Shown here in pieces: positions 59,301 to 64,000 of a stretch of DNA of 64,000 nt. This DNA comes from Lama guanicoe. Lineage: Eukaryota. The DNA lies in contig MU053216.1 in the NCBI GenBank assembly GCA_013239625.1, positions 1 through 64,000 on the forward strand, given 5' to 3'. Within the stretch, counting starts at the first letter, position 1, and each line of letters opens with the position of its first letter. The notes under the pieces were generated by a model, which was not told the origin of the DNA, ran no database searches, and saw only the letters and a program-made list of their open reading frames with translations. A program made the position numbers and the translations under genes.

Positions 59301-62132
59301 ATGTAAGCAGCCACACATGGCTAGTGGCTGTTGTGTTGGACAGCCCACTTGTAGGGCTTTCGCGTGTGCTTTCTGTCTGCCCTGGAGTACTCTGTCCTCC
59401 TCCGTGGCTCACCACTGTGCATACATCAGATTTAAATCTGTCGCTTCTGCAGGGAGGCCTTCCCTGGCCCATCAGTCTAAGTAAAGAAATGTCGTGTTAC
59501 TCTGTCCCATAGCCCCTCTACTTTTCCTGTGTAGTATATAATGACAAAACAAGATTGTTGGTTTTTCTGATTTAACAGTTATCTCCACACTTAAGAGGAA
59601 GGTTTTTGTCTGATTTGTAGACCATTGTATAATTAGCCTCCACCACAATTCCTGGCACTTAGTAGGTGTTTGGTAAATCGATCAAATGGATGAACATTCC
59701 GAAATGTTTTCTATATTTTCAGTTCTTGGGAGAAGTCCACAGAATGGTTTCTTTGTCTGGGCACTCTGGACAGATGCACCCTGTGGACTGGTGGAAGGCA
59801 CACAGGCCTATTCTTAAGGTGTCAGTCTCGGGGAGGCCCTGGGTGTTACTGTACCTGGTGCTCTTCCAGGGTGAGATATAGGTTTTTAGGGTGTGTCTTC
59901 ACGTATCTAGTCTGCCATACATAGCTTAGACCTAAGTTCCCCGGGTGATTAATTGCACATATCATCTCAAAGAGCATGGCACCTCATACAGAGTAGGCCC
60001 CCAACTGCTAATTGACAAGGTTTGAGGACTGTCACGCTCCACATAGTGACGTAAGAGAAGCTCCTGCTTCACCGAGGAGCCAGCCTAGAGGTCGTGAGAC
60101 AACGCCTTTGAGTAAAAGTTATTTTAGGAGCCAGTTTTGAATAGGGCAAGAGACTCTCCCTGCCCCTGCCAAAGTTTCAGGAATGACCAGAAAACAACTC
60201 GGGAATGGGGAAAATTCTGAATTAAAAGCGGATTTGTGACTAATGGCCTATTAGGTACTCTCTTAGATGTTTTTTTACCTAGTTTGACTGTAACTGTCTT
60301 CATGATCTTAGCAAATTGTGTCTGAAAAGATTGTTTTCTCAAGAACCTAGCTATTTCTGGAAGATGGGGAAATAAAGGCAGGGGCTAGGGCAGGAAGGAG
60401 AAAGTAAGCGTGGTTACTTTTTGAGACTGAGAGACAGTTGGACGAACTGAGACCCATGATGTAGTTAAACGCCCACAGGTGGATTCTGAAGAGCCGGTCT
60501 TCGAGGCTGTCATCAACTGGGTGAAGCATGCCAAGAAGGAGCGCGAGGAGTCGTTGCCAGACCTGCTGCAGTATGTCCGCATGCCCCTCCTGACCCCCAG
60601 GTACATCACCGACGTCATAGATGCCGAGGTGAGTCTCCCAAGATGCACTGGTTCCAAACCCCCGGACGTCTCTTCATGTTGTGTACCCAGAATCAGCTCT
60701 CCTAACACAGCCCGCGTGCCCAGCGAGCCTCCCCAAGTGTGCCAGGGAGTCTGGAGGCAGTGGCTTGGTTGGCAAGTCAGCCTCCTGGCAGAAATGAAAG
60801 TCTATGGTTTAATTTAATTTTGTGTTTTTGTTGTCTTTTTGTTTTACGTGCCCCTCAGTGTTTTGCATAAGCAATGTCAGATGAGAGATTGTGTCCCCTT
60901 CTCCATTAAACACAGATTGTTCCAAATTATCCTGAAAAAGATGCTTTGCTTATTCAGTCTCTTTATTTTTGACCTCTGATCAGACCAACATGAAAGTGGT
61001 TTGATGCATTTTAATATCAACTTGGGTCATGTGTTTATTTACAAGTGTTTCTCCAACCTAAGTTCTCAGTGGTACGTTTTCCTGACTCACAGTGTGCATA
61101 ACTTGGACAGTACCCTGGGGGAAGGACACTGATTTATAACATGCAGATAAGGCCCAGGGCAGCAAATGTGTTCCCACTTCTGGCCCAGCCCCAGATCTCT
61201 TTGGAAGTTAATTACAAACACAGTTTTTCAGTTATTCACATTTTAAAAGTTGTAGGCTGGTTGGTGTCACATCTCCGACTCTTTCTCCTCTTTGTAATTT
61301 CTTCCTTCAGTCCATCCATGTGCCCCTCATGTCTGTTTCTTTACATGATGGCTAGAAGCCCAGACTGTGGACCAGATTCAGCACTTTCCTTGCAGTGAGG
61401 GACCCTGACCTCACTCTCCTCTCTGGGGGGCTCCTGCTGGGGCTCCTCAGTGTTTGAGCCCAACCAGGAGTCAGTGTGGACACCCCCAATACAGGTCCTT
61501 TAGGTCTGTCTTCTGAGCCAGGGAGCAGGGTGGAGACAGTGCCAGATGACCCTGGGGTGGCAGCTGGGAGATGGGCCCTGTGACAGTGCTGCGGACCTTG
61601 GGGATGTCGTTTCAGACAAGACCAGCTTCTTCCTTTCATCCCAAAAATGCCCAAAGCCTTTTGGTTTTCCCTTACAAGTTGTACTGGTTATGATGTCCTT
61701 GTGTTTGCCTAATCACTGGAAGTATGTACAAACAAACTGATAAAAGTAGTTACCTTTAAGTGTGAAGGTGGATGAGACATGCATCTAGGTATATCTTTTT
61801 ATATCATTTAATTTTTGAACCACAGAATGTCCATTAAAAAAAATTTTTTTAATCATTTCTGGAAACTCACAGCATAATTATTACCAGCAGTGCTCCTGGA
61901 AATGCAGGGCTTCGGAAACTGGTTTTCTGTATCGAGAGTTCATTTCTTTATAGGTGCCATTGATGCTCTTGTTAGAGGTGGCCCCCGTGGCTCACTCTCC
62001 TCTCTGCTGTGTTTCAGCCTTTCATCCGCTGCAGTTTACAGTGCAGGGACCTTGTGGATGAAGCAAAGAAGTTTCATCTGAGGCCTGAACTGCGCAGTCA
62101 GATGCAGGGTCCCAGGACAAGGGCCCGTCTAG
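50216..62132 (+). CDS. KLHL12: Kelch-like protein 12 (CUL3 adaptor), 5' partial: BTB and BACK exons; gene continues past the window
   Basis: Exons 50216-50398, 55198-55351, 56369-56586, 60479-60628 and 62018-62132, with GT-AG introns and consistent phases. Protein [33 protein letters not shown]...GPRTRARL. Confidence 0.96.
50975..51129 (+). mobile_element. tRNA-derived SINE (vic-1-like, camelid)
   Basis: A box TAGCTCAGTGG, B box GGTTCAATC, A-rich tail; TSD AAAGACTGCCT at 50964-50974 and 51130-51140. Confidence 0.9.
51403..51526 (+). mobile_element. Second tRNA-derived SINE of the same family
   Basis: GTATAGTTTAAGTGGTAGAG...CTGGGTTCAATCC and shared AAACCTAA(C/T)TACCTCCCC; TSD AAAA(T)CCTTTACC. 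Confidence 0.9.
52305..53415 (-). mobile_element. Decayed antisense L1 fragments (3'-end pieces plus probable 5' UTR)
   Basis: TTAATTGAAGTCTAGTTGATTTGCAGTGTTGTG-type 3' ends, followed by GC-richer L1 5'-UTR-like text. Family uncertain. Confidence 0.45.
53424..54108 (-). mobile_element. 5'-truncated L1 3' end (similar to 2187-2992)
   Basis: ORF2 C-terminus on the minus strand ([25 protein letters not shown]). Approximate TSD CCTTAGGGTTT/CCTTGAGTTT. Confidence 0.9.
55198..55351 (+). CDS. KLHL12: KLHL12 coding exon 2
   Basis: [28 protein letters not shown]...LLQLK. Confidence 0.97.
56369..56586 (+). CDS. KLHL12: KLHL12 coding exon 3
   Basis: [28 protein letters not shown]...KCDEIQ. Confidence 0.97.
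59141..59346. mobile_element. MER3-like hAT DNA transposon within L2-like sequence
   Basis: GCTGTCCA...TAGCCAGTAGCCGTGTG...CAGCCACACATGGCTAGTGGCT...TTGGACAGC, with inverted termini. Confidence 0.75.
60479..60628 (+). CDS. KLHL12: KLHL12 coding exon 4
   Basis: [17 protein letters not shown]...ITDVIDAE. Confidence 0.97.
62018..62132 (+). CDS. KLHL12: KLHL12 coding exon 5
   Basis: [38 protein letters not shown]. Confidence 0.97.
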
Positions 62133-62240
62133 GTGAGCTGGTGTCATGGCGGAATGAGGGGTGCTTTTCAACTATCCCTGGCAGGCAGCATGATATACCT
62201 GAAAAGAACGTTCTGTAAGAATCAGACCTCATTTCAGACC

Positions 62241-62241
<1 letters not shown>

Positions 62242-62272
<31 letters not shown>

Positions 62273-62361
62273 GAGTAAAGGTAGGTTTATTTAGAGAAAT
62301 ACATACTGCATAGAGTGTGGGCTGCTACAAAAGGCAATGAAAAGGTCACAAGATGTGGGGG
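62242..62361 (-). mobile_element. ~120-bp poly(A)-tailed LTR-R-like retrocopy with TSD
   Basis: Minus strand reads CCCCCACATCTTGTG...GTATTTCTCTAAATAAACCTACCTTTACTC then ~26 A. TSD TTCAGACCT at 62233-62241 and 62362-62370, next to a TT/AAAA site. Confidence 0.8.
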
Positions 62362-62769
62362 TTCAGACCTGTTTTTAATCTTTTATTAGTTGTGACATCT
62401 TGAACAAATGTCTTTACCACCCTGAGCTTTCTTTCCTGTAAACCAGGAATATCTTCCCTATTTCACATGATGATTTGGAGGAGTAAATGAGATAAAGTGT
62501 GTGACAGCACTTCATCAGTTGTTAAGCATTATGCAGTATAAGCTATAATTCTGTTTCAGTACATTTGGAGTCTGTGAGCTGGGAATCATCTCAGATCCAC
62601 GCAGTAAGGGGTGTGCTCCCCCGCCACCTCCCATCTGCACACTGAGAGAGGAGAGGCAGGGCGAGTGGCAGTGCTGTGCGGGGCAGAGGAGTTCCGAAGA
62701 ATGGACGCACAGAATTTGGGTGGTGGCGGGACTCCAGAGCCAGGCTGTGGGGCAGATCCCTGCTGCTGT

Positions 62770-62950
62770 ACTGGGCATGTTAGCTTCGGTAGGAAGTTTA
62801 ACCGCCCTGTGTTTCAGTTGACTCATCTGTAAACTGGGGGTCACCATAGCTCCTGCCTTGAGGTTGTTGTGAAGAGCAGATGAAAAAGTTACGTGAAAGG
62901 CTTAAAACAGTTCTGGGCACATCATAAGTGCTATGTACGTTGGCTGTCAT
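62770..62950 (+). mobile_element. MIR SINE
   Basis: TGTGTTTCAGTTGACTCATCTGTAAACTGGGG...GGTTGTTGTGAAGA...GGCACATCATAAGTGCT. Confidence 0.7.
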
Positions 62951-64000
62951 TTCAGCAGACAGCTGGGTTCACATCCCATCCAGCCAGGGATGGTGTGAGG
63001 GAGCCGATGCTCCTGCCTCTGAAGCAAGGGCCCTTGCCGTGAGGCATTGACATCTCTCTGACCACAGTCAGTACTCAGATGTCACTTAAATGCACTTCCG
63101 TTTCCCATCGTCACAGTTTTACTGTCCCCGGAGCCCAGATACTGTGTGTAAAAGCATGTTGTGGGTTATAAATTACTCTGTATATGTGGGCCAGTATTTT
63201 GTTTTCATTGTTTCCTTTTTTTGCTCTTCTCTGACTGTGGACTCGTGCGTGCTGAGGTGTTAATTGATAATTAAGTTTTTCATTGATCAGTTTAAGTAGA
63301 ATGATGATTTAATCCCTTATATTTTTAGTGGCATAGTTACTATATGTCAATGTAGAAATTTTAGAAATTCAGAGAAGCAAAAAATAATCATCCATAATCC
63401 CACCACCCAGAGATGCTGGTTTTTGTTATAGTTGTTGTCAAAGGGCTGCTGTTCTGTTAGTTCCTTAGGGTGACCAAGTGCGATCTGTATCTCGTGTCAC
63501 ATGCAGAGATAGAATTGACACAAGACAGGGTGAAGGACTAACTGAAAAATCATGAAAGTAGTGGGGAAATTATAGGAAAATACTTGTATAACTTCTGAAA
63601 CTTTTTTTTTCTATTTTTAATTGTGGTAAAATATATATAGCATAAAATTTATCATCTTAACCATTCTATATTCACATTGTTGTACAATCGCTAGAACTCT
63701 TCATCTTTTAAAACTGAAATTCTGTATCTGTTAGGCAACAACCTCCATTCCCTCTACTCCCCTGGGTAGGAACCATTTTAATTAGTACAGAAAAAACTAG
63801 AAGCCTTCAAGGTTACTTGACTGCATCAGTTTTTGTTTTTTGTTTTTTTCTAATTGATGGGAAAAGACATAAAGTTAAAAGACAAGGGCTGGGAGAAAAT
63901 ATACACAATATGTATGACAAAAGGTTAATATTTCTAGTATAAAAAGAACCCGTAAGTATCAAGAAGAAGAAGAGCAGGAACCCCGTGGAAGACGGGTGTG

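Overview
Mammalian chromosome-end region, most likely from a camelid: it carries two vic-1-type tRNA-derived SINEs, and I saw no Bov-A/BovB, PRE-1 or Alu. The window opens with about 370 bp of degenerate (CCCTAA)n telomeric repeats and then runs through L1 debris. Next comes an intron-containing MGAT4-family (GT54) pseudogene at 5.1-8.2 kb, at the position of MGAT4F/MGAT4FP. Three genes follow, all on the + strand and each with a CpG-island promoter: CYB5R1 (9 coding exons, 305 aa, complete), ADIPOR1 (7 coding exons, 375 aa, complete) and the 5' half of KLHL12 (5 coding exons; the Kelch exons lie beyond the window). This matches the human 1q32.1 block, but it ends in telomere repeats where TMEM183A would follow. 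The most unusual items are an ORF1-only (HAL1-like) L1 chimera bounded by one target-site duplication (TSD), two ~100-bp poly(A)-tailed LTR-R-like retrocopies, the pseudogene's possible NMD-escaping 136-aa product, a start-stop uORF in ADIPOR1 and loss of the first KLHL12 ATG. I found no convincing new multi-gene system. Repeat family names come from recalled consensus sequences, not database searches.
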